Positions 8,558-17,034 of a stretch of 64,000 nucleotides of DNA are shown here, one piece after another (within the stretch, counting starts at the first letter, position 1; each line of letters begins with the position of its first letter). The stretch comes from an uncultured Acidobacteriaceae bacterium (GTDB taxonomy: Bacteria; Acidobacteriota; Terriglobia; Terriglobales; Acidobacteriaceae): contig CAWKMZ010000007.1 in assembly GCA_963850865.1 (NCBI GenBank), positions 282,845-346,844 on the forward strand. Direction: 5' to 3'. The notes beneath the pieces were generated by a model. The model was given only the letters and a program-made list of their open reading frames with translations. It made no database searches and was not told where the DNA came from. A program made the position numbers and the translations under genes.

Positions 8558-9548
8558 ATGCAGGTTCGCGTCTTTTATCACGACAAGTGCTTTGACGGAG
8601 CTTGTTCGGCCTCGCTGTTCACGCGCTTCCATCAAGAGTGCATTACTCGGGACGCGAGCTACGAGTATCACGGGCTGGTTCACCGCGCCGGCGCGCTGTT
8701 CGACGAGAGCGAATTTACCGGCGACGAGAACGCGATTGTCGACTTCAAGTATTCTCCTTCACCGCGCATTACATGGTGGTTCGATCACCACCAATCGGCA
8801 TTCCTGACTCCCGCGGACCACGAGAATTTTCTGGCGTGCCAGCGCGATCCGAGTTGCGCGGCGCGGAAGTTCTTCGATCCGAACTACACCTCGTGCACGA
8901 GCTTTCTGGCGCATATCGCCAAGACGAAGTATGGATTCGACACAGCGCCCGTGGCGGAGCTGATTCACTGGGCCGACATTGTGGACGGCGCAAAGTATGA
9001 CAGCCCCGAAGCGGCAGTAGAGATGGCCGCGCCGGCGATGAAGCTGACGTTGATCATCGAGGCCACCGAGGATCCAGAGTTCATTCCGAGGCTGATTCCG
9101 CTGTTGACGGAAATGCCACTGGCGGAGATTCTGAAACAGCCGTTTGTGGCGCCGTTGTTGCCGCCACTTGATGAAGCGCCATGAAGAGGCGCTGGAACTG
9201 ATTCGCAGCCGGGCGGAATACCGCGATGGAACCATCTTCTTCGACATCACCGACCACCCGACGGAGGGGTTCAACAAATTCATCCCGTACTACCTTTATC
9301 CGCAAGCGATTTATTCGATCGGGCTATCGAAGTCGAGCTTCAGGACGAAGGTGGCCGTGGGATCGAATCCGTGGACGAAGATGGACCCCGCAAAGATGGT
9401 GAACCTGGCGCAGATTTGCGAGCGGTACGGCGGGGGTGGGCACGCGCGCGTGGGGGCGATCAGTTTTCCGCCGGACAAGGAAGCGGAGGCTCGGGCGGCG
9501 GCGCAGGAGATTGTGGCGGAGCTGCGACTGCAGGGAACAAGGGAATAA
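8558..9548 (+). pseudogene. DHH/DHHA1-family phosphoesterase split by a 1-nt frameshift near 9168
   Basis: The N-terminal part (8558-9184) reads MQVRVFYHDKCFDGACSA...DHH. The C-terminal part (ORF 9144-9548, other frame) carries the DHHA1-like GGGGHARVGAISF. The two read through as ...PLLPPL/MKRHEEAL if one g is removed. An AGGAGGG RBS lies before ATG 8558. Confidence 0.6.
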
Positions 9549-9562
9549 GGGAACAATGGGAC
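9531..9562 (+). repeat. 8-nt tandem repeat, 4 units (cagggaac aagggaat aagggaac aatgggac)
   Basis: Read directly from the sequence. It overlaps the stop codon (9546-9548) of the DHH gene. The unit is the same as in the array at 16909-16980. Confidence 0.85.
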
Positions 9563-9620
9563 GAAACAACAGCGGACATAGCGCATAGGCATTCGGTCGG
9601 GCGCTCTCCAACGAACCACA

Positions 9621-10021
9621 ATGAGGCAATACCTTTTTGCGTACGGGACGCTGCAGCCGGGGCTTGCGCCGACGAAGATTGCGCGCGTGGCGGCGAAGTT
9701 GCGGCCAGTGGGCGAAGGATTTATGCGCGGTGTGCTCTACGATCTCGGTGGCTATCCGGGCGCGGTGGCCGATCCGAGCGCAATGGGCAAAATTGCAGGG
9801 ACCGTGATGGAGCTGCCGGAAGAGGAAGGCGTGCTCGAGCGGCTCGATCGGTACGAGGGATTCGATCCGCAGGCGCCGGAGACGAGCGAGTATATCCGCG
9901 AGAAGCAATTGTGGAGTTAAAGACGGGCGGCACGGTGGAGTGCTGGTTCTACGGTACAACCGGAAGGCGCGGGATTCTCAGCGAGTCCAGAGCGGGGCGT
10001 GGGGGAGATAAACCGCGATGA
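9621..10021 (+). pseudogene. Gamma-glutamylcyclotransferase (GGACT/AIG2-like), C-terminus shifted by a 1-nt deletion near 9897
   Basis: MRQYLFAYGTLQPG...LDRYEG...SEYIRE stops at 9920. The expected last strands, AIVELKTGGTVECWFY, continue in the -1 frame. That frame ends at 10021 in an ATGA overlap with the next gene. Confidence 0.55.
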
Positions 10022-10428
10022 TAGGTCTCACAACTCCGCTGATGCTTCTGACCCTCGCTCTTTTGCTCTTGGGCTTTGTTACGATTGGGCTCTCGTTCTC
10101 CGGGGCGACAATCGTGGCGAGGCGGCGAGGGAATTCTGAGTTTACGGCAGAGGAATCACACGCGAAGATCGACATGTCCACAGCTCTCCTCGCGGTTTCG
10201 GCGCTGCTGCCGCTTTTGGCGGGTGTCCTCTCCCGCTTTGGCGCGTCCACTGCAGGGCTCATGCTTTTGCCGATTGGACCCCTGCTTCTATGGCCTATCA
10301 GTGCAGTACTCGCTATCCGGGGAAAAGGCGCCGGCCGTCGGGTTCTGCTTGTGGGGCACGGACTAATCGCCCTATTGGTGGCGTTATTAATTCTGATCCT
10401 AGTTTTTGCTTATATTCGTCGAAGCTAA
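10018..10428 (+). CDS. Hypothetical integral membrane protein
   Basis: 136 aa with four hydrophobic segments. No family recognised. Confidence 0.55.
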   Translation: MIGLTTPLMLLTLALLLLGFVTIGLSFSGATIVARRRGNSEFTAEESHAKIDMSTALLAVSALLPLLAGVLSRFGASTAGLMLLPIGPLLLWPISAVLAIRGKGAGRRVLLVGHGLIALLVALLILILVFAYIRRS

Positions 10429-10435
10429 TGTAAAG

Positions 10436-10560
10436 GGTGGCCAGGAGCCATGATTCGATTCGCCCCGCCCTTACGGGGCTGGCTACCATCTTTGTGGGCG
10501 CTTTCCCAGGAGTGCGCTGCGCTTCTCCTGGGCTATTTTCGATTCGTCCCTCCGGGACGA
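10436..10560. repeat. Hairpin-rich REP-like intergenic element
   Basis: Three stem-loops lie within about 100 nt. They are gccccg/cggggc (10462-10479), cccaggag/ctcctggg (10505-10532) and tcgtccc/gggacga (10544-10560). The motif ttcgattcg occurs twice. The element lies between convergent genes. Confidence 0.45.
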
Positions 10561-10659
10561 AGAGCGACGGCTGATCGAACCTGTTCTGTCAACAAATGAT
10601 TTCTAAGGGCCTATCTCAATTCTTCGGATCGCCAAGAGCGCGGTGCGTGATGGTGACTT

Positions 10660-11275
10660 TCACAGCCCAAGCTCGCTGGCGCGCTTTTTCATGGCCTCGA
10701 TGCAAAACGCGATATGAGCGTCGAGATCGACGCCGAGCTCGGCTGCGCCCTGCACGATGTCCTCACGGTGGACGCCGCGGGCGAAGGCTTTGTCCTTCAT
10801 TTTCTTCTTCACGCTCGAAACTTCGACGTCGGCGATGGCTTTGGTGGGCTTGACCAGGGCGCAGGCGGTGAGGAAGCCGGCCAGCTCGTCGCAGGCGAAG
10901 AGGACTTTTGCGAGATGAGTTGTGCGCGGTACGCCGGAGTAGAGTGCGTGGCCGAGGATGGCCGTGCGGAGTTCCTCGGGCCAGCCCAGCCGCTCCAATT
11001 CGCGGACGCCGAAGAAGGGATGCTCTTCGGGCGTTGGGTGGCGTTCGTAGTCGAAGTCGTGGAGCAAGGCTGTGGTTGAGTAGAGCTGGATGAGCGCGAG
11101 CTCGTGCGTCGCCATCGAGCGCGAGCCGGTTCGCTTCCTGCTCGCCGTAGGAGACGACGCATGCTTCCACAGCCAACGCGTGCTTGCGCAAACTTTCGCT
11201 CTGGGTCCATTCGGCGAGGAGCTGCCAAGCGTGGTCTCGATTGAAGCTGGGGCTAAAGCTCAAGTTGCCTGCCAT
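10660..11275 (-). pseudogene. HD-domain metal-dependent phosphohydrolase, frameshifted near 11100-11170
   Basis: The N-terminal 55 aa (ATG 11275: ...SLRKHALAVEACVVSYGEQEA) is in one frame. The HD core (ALLHDFDYERHP...AILGHA...ACDELAGF) is in another (ORF 10660-11115). Together they give the typical length of about 200 aa. Confidence 0.65.
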
Positions 11276-11459
11276 TTAGAACTCCTGTTGATGAGTGTGG
11301 TTCGCGTTTTGTCGGGTTTCCTGGGGGTCTGATGCTGCTTTTTTCGGTTTGACCCTGAATTTCTACTTGACAATTATGGTTCATTCGTAGAAAGTAGCAC
11401 CAATCAAGGTGCAGCGATGCATCTGGAGTCCCACGCTCTGGCACTCCGCGCATCCCTAA

Positions 11460-11996
11460 ATGGCAACTTCAATCGTTAGCGTGGAATCACGCGAAGTGGT
11501 GCGGTGTGAGTACTGCAGATTGATGCAGTATAGGACCAGCAACTCTCTATGCCGAAAATGCCACAGGCCTCTCGATATTGAGGAGCCTGTCTATCTGGCG
11601 CCAAGGCTCGTGACAAGCGAGCCCGTGCCGGTTAGTGGCGGCGCCGGCATGCAGGTGGCCTCGCAAGTGCGCGAATTGCGCAGGGCGCGCCATCTGAGCC
11701 AGCGGCAATTGGCGGGGAGGATGCAGGTACCGCGCACCTACATCTCGAAGATCGAGAACGGCAAGGCGATTCCCACGCTGGGCTCGCTGGAACGTTTGGC
11801 TACGGCGCTGGGCGTAGAGATACGCCAACTGGTTCGCGATGAGCGCAGCCGCCGCGACGAAGAGGTCACGTCGATTCTGAGCGACCCATTCCTGGCCGAA
11901 GTTGCCGAACTGCTGCCGCATCTGGACTCGTTGCACCGTACGCTGTTCTTCGGTGCAGTGAGGGATGCGTCAACGGGCCGCCGCCGCACCGCGTAG
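11460..11996 (+). CDS. XRE-family HTH transcriptional regulator with N-terminal zinc-ribbon
   Basis: Has a CEYC...CRKC four-Cys motif. This is followed by the HTH LRRARHLSQRQLAGRMQVPRTYISKIENGKAIPTLGSLERLATAL. Confidence 0.85.
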   Translation: MATSIVSVESREVVRCEYCRLMQYRTSNSLCRKCHRPLDIEEPVYLAPRLVTSEPVPVSGGAGMQVASQVRELRRARHLSQRQLAGRMQVPRTYISKIENGKAIPTLGSLERLATALGVEIRQLVRDERSRRDEEVTSILSDPFLAEVAELLPHLDSLHRTLFFGAVRDASTGRRRTA

Positions 11997-12338
11997 ACCA
12001 TAGCCCCTGCAGGCCTCCCCATCGCGCGTGAAAGCTCGCGCGCGGTTCCTCGCGCGGGCAGCATCCGGCGTAGCGCATCCTCGTTATCCCCTCCGGGGTC
12101 CCGTTTCGGCGGGACTCCGGACCATTTCGACGCCCGGGGCTAAAGGTGCCGTGGCGCTGCGTTGCAGAATTCACTAAAATGCTTTACGGTCGATGGTGTG
12201 ACTCCCGAATCCGGCCGCACGCGTCGCGCAAGCCGGCAGATATTTCGTTCGCGCAATCAGCGGCATCTAACCCCCCGAGCGTGAACTCCGCAGGCGACCC
12301 TTCGGGATGCTGCCCGGGTCTTGGCGTGGAAAGCACAA

Positions 12339-13178
12339 ATGCGATCGACAGTCACTCCTCCATTGCGCATCGATGAGCTAAGCCCGGAGGAGCGCGCCGT
12401 CTATGCGACGCTGAAGCCGGAGTGCCTGCCGAGGCATGTCGCGATCATCATGGATGGCAATGGCCGATGGGCGGGCCGCCGATCGCTCAAGCGCTTTGTG
12501 GGGCATCAGCAAGGGGCCAAATCGGTGCAACTGGTGACGGAAACGGCATCCCGCATCGGCTTGCCATGGCTGACACTCTACGCGTTCTCTCTCGAAAACA
12601 ACCTGCGACGGCCCCGCGCCGAGGTCAGCTTCCTGATGCGCTTGTTGAAGACCTACCTGGAGAGCAACGTGGAGCGGATGAACAACAACAACGTTCGCTT
12701 CAGGACGATTGGGCGGACGCACGAGTTGGCGCCCGACGTCCAGGACAAGATTCGCTGGGTCGAGGAAGAGACAGCCAATAACACGGGCACCACGCTGACG
12801 CTGGCCCTGAACTACGGCGGACGGTCGGAGCTGCTGGATGCCTTTCGCGGGCTGACGGCGGAGCTGAAACACAAGCATCTGAGCACCGAAAATGTCACGG
12901 AAGAAGACATTCACCGCCATCTCTACACGGCGCACATGCCCGACCCCGATCTGCTCATCCGCACCTCGGGCGAGCAACGGATTTCGAATTTCCTGCTGTG
13001 GCAGATCGCTTACACAGAGATTTTCGTGACCGAGCGATACTGGCCGGACTTCAAGGGCATCCATCTGCTCGAGGCCATCGCGGACTTTCAGCGGCGGGAA
13101 CGCCGCTATGGCGGGATCGGCGAAGATGGCGGCGAAGTGGAAGAGAATCCCGACCAGATCAGGATTGCGGTAAGCTGA
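12339..13178 (+). CDS. uppS: Isoprenyl transferase (undecaprenyl-diphosphate synthase)
   Basis: HVAIIMDGNGRWA and RTSGEQRISNFLLWQ motifs are present. The ORF is open from TTG 12321; ATG 12339 was chosen as start. Confidence 0.93.
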   Translation: MRSTVTPPLRIDELSPEERAVYATLKPECLPRHVAIIMDGNGRWAGRRSLKRFVGHQQGAKSVQLVTETASRIGLPWLTLYAFSLENNLRRPRAEVSFLMRLLKTYLESNVERMNNNNVRFRTIGRTHELAPDVQDKIRWVEEETANNTGTTLTLALNYGGRSELLDAFRGLTAELKHKHLSTENVTEEDIHRHLYTAHMPDPDLLIRTSGEQRISNFLLWQIAYTEIFVTERYWPDFKGIHLLEAIADFQRRERRYGGIGEDGGEVEENPDQIRIAVS

Positions 13179-13302
13179 CTGCGCGCTGGCGTTCAGGCGA
13201 TTTAGTTCCGCGCAAATCAGATCCCGAGGGGCGGCGCAATCGCGCCTGGAAATCTTCCGTAACCAAGGCGTTTCGACCCCGGCGGTGTATTCTCAACGCT
13301 GA

Positions 13303-14172
13303 ATGAAACGCGTCCTTACCGCTCTCGTTCTGATTCCGATTGTTCTGGTTCTGGTATTTCTTGGACCGCGATGGCAATGGCTGTTCACGCTGGCCGTGGC
13401 GGCGGTTGCAGCCATGGCAGGGTGGGAGTACATGGCCCTGAGCCGGCGGTGCGGAGCGAACCCGCCGCGCGTTGCGACCATGGTGGCGCTGCTGGCGCTT
13501 TTTGCGGTGAACTTTGAGTGGCCTGACCTGACGCCCGCCCTGTTTGGAATTCTGGGCCTTGGCCTGCTGGTTTACTGCACCTTCTTCAAGCCGGTAGCGG
13601 AGACGATTGCCGATGCGTCGGCCTCGATCTTCTGCCTGCTCTACACCGGCCTTACCTTGATTGCTCTGCCGTCGCTACGCGAGCAGGCTAATGGTCCTTC
13701 GCTCCTGGTGTTCCTGCTTTGCGTTGTGTGGTCTGGAGACACGGCGGCTTACTACGCAGGGCGCGCGTGGGGCCGGCACAAGATGGCGCCCTCGCTGAGC
13801 CCTGGCAAGACCTGGGAAGGCGCGATTGCGTCGGTGGCGGGGAGCGCGGTGATTGCCGCGGTGCTTGTGAGCCTGGCAATGATCATGCAGGAGCCATCGA
13901 ATTCGGCGGTCCTGTCGTGGCTGGAACGCACGTTTCCTTCCGCGGTCCTTTCGTATCCCGACGAAATGCTTTACTGGCTGGTTTTGGCGGTGGTGATCAA
14001 TGTGGCCGCCCAGGTTGGGGACCTGGCGGAGTCAGCACTGAAGCGGTCAGCCGGAGTGAAGGATTCCGGCAACCTGCTGCCAGGACACGGAGGGGTGCTG
14101 GACCGCATTGACGCGCTGCTTCTGGCCGGTCCGGTGCTGTGGTACGCACAGGTGATTCACCAGAGGTTCTGA
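13303..14172 (+). CDS. cdsA: Phosphatidate cytidylyltransferase
   Basis: Multi-TM protein with SALKRSAGVKDSGNLLPGHGGVLDRID, the CdsA signature. It occupies the conserved position after uppS. Confidence 0.93.
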   Translation: MKRVLTALVLIPIVLVLVFLGPRWQWLFTLAVAAVAAMAGWEYMALSRRCGANPPRVATMVALLALFAVNFEWPDLTPALFGILGLGLLVYCTFFKPVAETIADASASIFCLLYTGLTLIALPSLREQANGPSLLVFLLCVVWSGDTAAYYAGRAWGRHKMAPSLSPGKTWEGAIASVAGSAVIAAVLVSLAMIMQEPSNSAVLSWLERTFPSAVLSYPDEMLYWLVLAVVINVAAQVGDLAESALKRSAGVKDSGNLLPGHGGVLDRIDALLLAGPVLWYAQVIHQRF

Positions 14173-14174
14173 AA

Positions 14175-14209
14175 CAGCTCTCAGCCGTCAGCCGTCAGCT
14201 GTCAGCTTT
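14175..14209 (+). repeat. 7-nt tandem repeat, 5 units (cagctct cagccgt cagccgt cagctgt cagcttt)
   Basis: Read directly. It starts 3 nt after the cdsA stop. Confidence 0.85.
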
Positions 14210-14285
14210 GGGGCGCAATCGCCGCCCTGAAACCGATAAAATGAAAAAAACGAATCGGCCAACATCCAGCGCATTGCAAACGCAG

Positions 14286-14308
14286 GCTGAAAGCTGAGAG
14301 CTGAAGGC
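14286..14308 (-). repeat. Inverted partner array of the 7-nt repeat (gctgaaa gctgaga gctgaag gc)
   Basis: gctgagagctg (14293-14303) is the exact reverse complement of cagctctcagc (14175-14185). The array ends 5 nt before the dxr TTG start. Confidence 0.8.
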
Positions 14309-14312
14309 TTCA

Positions 14313-15467
14313 TTGAAACGACTCACCATTCTCGGATCGACCGGCTCCATCGGGCAGAGCACCCTCTCCATCGTTGAGCAGTTTCCGGAGCGCTACCAAG
14401 TGGCCGCGCTGGCTGCGGGCCGCAATGTGGATGAGGCCTTTGCGCAAACTGTGCGCTGGAAGCCGCGCATGGTTTCGCTCGCAACTGCCGAGCTGGCGGC
14501 TGAACTGACGGCCCGGCTGCGCAAGGCAGGCGTGAGCGGGGTCGATGTAGTGGACGGGACGGCGGGCACGATTGCCTGCGCGACGTTGCCTGAGGCCGAC
14601 TTTGTGGTTTCGGCCATTGTGGGCGTGGCCGGGCTTGAGGCGACGCACGCGGCGATTCTGGCCGGAAAGCCGGTGGGCCTGGCCAACAAGGAGTGCATGG
14701 TGGCGGCCGGGGAGATCCTGACCGCGGCGGCACGCGAGCGCAATGTGCCCATTCTGCCCATCGACAGTGAGCACAACGCGGTGCATCAGTGCTTGCGCGT
14801 TGGCGCGCACGACGAAGTGAAGTCGATCTGGCTCACCGCATCGGGAGGACCGTTTAGGCAACTCCCGCTGGACCAGTTCGCGAACATCACGCCCGAGCAG
14901 GCGCTGAAGCATCCAACATGGGTGATGGGCCGGCGCATCACGATCGACTCGGCGACGATGCTGAACAAAGGGCTCGAGGTGATTGAGGCCTGCCGGCTGT
15001 TCGAAGTGACGCCCGCGCAAGTGCGGGTGACCATTCATCCCCAATCGACCGTGCACTCAATGGTGGAGTATGTTGACGGGTCAATCCTGGCGCAGATTTC
15101 GGTGACGGATATGCGGCTGCCGATTCTTTACGCGCTGGCTTGGCCGGAGCGGCCAAAGTCCACACTCACCTTCGACCTGGCGGCGCTGAGGCACCTCGAT
15201 TTTGAGGAGCCGGATTTGGAACGCTTCCCTTGCCTGAGGCTTTCTTTCGAAGCGGCTGAAAAGGGCGGCGCGCATTGCATTGCCCTGAACGCGGCCGACG
15301 AAGTGGCCGTGGGAGCCTTCCTCGAACGACGTATCCCCTTTACCGGCATCCCGGATACAATTGAAAAAGTGCTCGCAGCAACCCCGGAGGCCCACCCCGC
15401 AACTATTGCGGAGGTGCTCGCAGCCGATCAGGAGGCGCGAGAACGGGCCCGGGCATTGCTTGCGTAG
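14313..15467 (+). CDS. dxr: 1-deoxy-D-xylulose 5-phosphate reductoisomerase
   Basis: Begins LTILGSTGSIGQSTL (NADPH site) and has LANKE, DSEH and HPNW-like motifs. TTG start. Confidence 0.95.
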   Translation: MKRLTILGSTGSIGQSTLSIVEQFPERYQVAALAAGRNVDEAFAQTVRWKPRMVSLATAELAAELTARLRKAGVSGVDVVDGTAGTIACATLPEADFVVSAIVGVAGLEATHAAILAGKPVGLANKECMVAAGEILTAAARERNVPILPIDSEHNAVHQCLRVGAHDEVKSIWLTASGGPFRQLPLDQFANITPEQALKHPTWVMGRRITIDSATMLNKGLEVIEACRLFEVTPAQVRVTIHPQSTVHSMVEYVDGSILAQISVTDMRLPILYALAWPERPKSTLTFDLAALRHLDFEEPDLERFPCLRLSFEAAEKGGAHCIALNAADEVAVGAFLERRIPFTGIPDTIEKVLAATPEAHPATIAEVLAADQEARERARALLA

Positions 15468-15524
15468 GCCTAACGAGCCGAAGCCAGCAGGCCCCGCTTT
15501 GCCGAAGGAAATAATCGCACAAAC

Positions 15525-16904
15525 ATGCATGATTTTCTGGTTTCTGCCGCAGCATTTATCGTCCTGATCGGCGTAATGGTGATTGTGCACGAGTTGGGGC
15601 ACTTCACCGTAGCCAAGCTCTGCAATGTGCGCGTCGAGGCGTTCTCGTTCGGCTTTGGTCCGCGCCTGTTTGGCTTCAAGATCGGTGAGACGGACTACAA
15701 AGTTTGCCTGCTGCCGCTGGGCGGCTTTGTGAAGATGACCGGGGAGACTGAGTCAGGGCTCACCGGCAGCCCTTCGGAATCGGACGGCGATGCGGCGGCA
15801 AACGACCCCAGGGCATTCACAGCGCGCCCCCGCTGGCAGCGCATGCTGATCGGGCTTGCCGGCCCATTCTTCAACTTTCTGCTGACGCTGGGGCTGATGG
15901 GTTTTTACTTCGCCTTCATCAACGAAGTTCCGTCGGTCACGGTAAAAACAACCACCGTGGAGTGGGTAACTCCGGGCTCGGACGCAGCCACGGCGGGGCT
16001 CGAGCCCGGCGACCTAATTGTGAGCTTCGACAACGTCAAGAATCCCGACTGGGAGGGCGTATACGACCACTCGCGGTTGAATGCCAATCAGACGGTGCAA
16101 ATGGCGGTGGATCGCGGTGGGAAGACGATCCCAATGAGCCTGTTTGTGCCGGCCAGCGCAAAGAGCGACAGTTTTGACTTGAGCGATATGGGAATATCGC
16201 CGCAGTATCTGCCGGGCCCGATTGCGGTGGCGGAGGTGCAACCGGGCATGCCTGCGGCGCAGGCCGGGCTGCATGGCGGCGACGCCATCGAAGCGGTCGA
16301 TGGCCATGCATTTCATTCCGTGAATACCTTACTGGCCTACATGCAGGCGGGGAAGGGCACCCCAATGACCCTGACCTTGCTGCGCAATGGCGCAACGCTG
16401 CAAGTGGTGGCAACGCCGGAAAAGCTGGATACGAGATGGATGCTCGGATTCTCAACGTCGCCGACTCCCATTCGTGATGAGCCCTTGTCGCTGCTTTCCG
16501 CCGCCGGCAAATCGCTGGGATTTTTCAGAGACAATGCGCTGCTTGTGGGCGAAGTGCTGGACCGGCTGTTTACGCACCGGCTCTCAATGACTCAGATGAT
16601 GGGACCGGTGGGAATTGCGAAGGCCGCGGGCGAAGCAGCCCAGATGGACGGTTGGTACCCCAAATTCGGCCTGGCAGCGGAGATCAGCCTGCAACTGGGA
16701 ATGCTGAATCTATTTCCCTTCCCCATTCTCGACGGCGGTATGATCCTGCTGCTTTTGATTGAGAGCGTGCTGCGCCACGACATCAGCCTGATCATCAAAG
16801 AGCGAATCTATACGGCAGCCTTTGTGGTGCTGATGGCGTTCATCGCGTTCACCATCTTCAACGACGTGAGCAAGCTGCAAGTGTTCATGCACGTCAAGCC
16901 GTAA
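15525..16904 (+). CDS. rseP: RIP zinc metalloprotease RseP (site-2 protease, M50) with PDZ domains
   Basis: Has the HELGH motif near the N-terminus and LNLFPFPILDGG near the C-terminus. It occupies the conserved position after dxr. Confidence 0.95.
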   Translation: MHDFLVSAAAFIVLIGVMVIVHELGHFTVAKLCNVRVEAFSFGFGPRLFGFKIGETDYKVCLLPLGGFVKMTGETESGLTGSPSESDGDAAANDPRAFTARPRWQRMLIGLAGPFFNFLLTLGLMGFYFAFINEVPSVTVKTTTVEWVTPGSDAATAGLEPGDLIVSFDNVKNPDWEGVYDHSRLNANQTVQMAVDRGGKTIPMSLFVPASAKSDSFDLSDMGISPQYLPGPIAVAEVQPGMPAAQAGLHGGDAIEAVDGHAFHSVNTLLAYMQAGKGTPMTLTLLRNGATLQVVATPEKLDTRWMLGFSTSPTPIRDEPLSLLSAAGKSLGFFRDNALLVGEVLDRLFTHRLSMTQMMGPVGIAKAAGEAAQMDGWYPKFGLAAEISLQLGMLNLFPFPILDGGMILLLLIESVLRHDISLIIKERIYTAAFVVLMAFIAFTIFNDVSKLQVFMHVKP

Positions 16905-16908
16905 AAGG

Positions 16909-16980
16909 CAGGGACCAAGGGAACAAGGGAACAAGGGACCAAGGGAACAAGGGACCGAGGGAACAAGGGACCGAGGGACC
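16909..16980 (+). repeat. 8-nt tandem repeat, 9 units (RAGGGAMC)
   Basis: The units are cagggacc aagggaac aagggaac aagggacc aagggaac aagggacc gagggaac aagggacc gagggacc. The array starts 5 nt after the rseP stop. It contains nine GGG tracts separated by 5 nt. Confidence 0.9.
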
Positions 16981-17034
16981 TACCGGCTTGACCGCAAGAT
17001 TGAAATCAATTGAAGAGATGAGAGAGCGCGGCAC

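Noticed and set aside
9355-9375. tRNA-like T-arm string ggatcgaatcc
   Set aside because: It lies inside a coding frame of the DHH gene. No acceptor or anticodon stems can be formed around it.
14175-14308. Considered whether the 7-nt and 8-nt repeat arrays could be CRISPR arrays
   Set aside because: The units are 7-8 nt and directly tandem with no spacers. CRISPR repeats are more than 20 nt and alternate with unique spacers. There are no cas genes in the window.
16909-16980. Considered the octamer array as coding for a Gly-rich/collagen-like peptide
   Set aside because: The 8-nt period changes frame every unit. The array begins after the rseP stop and has no start or RBS.
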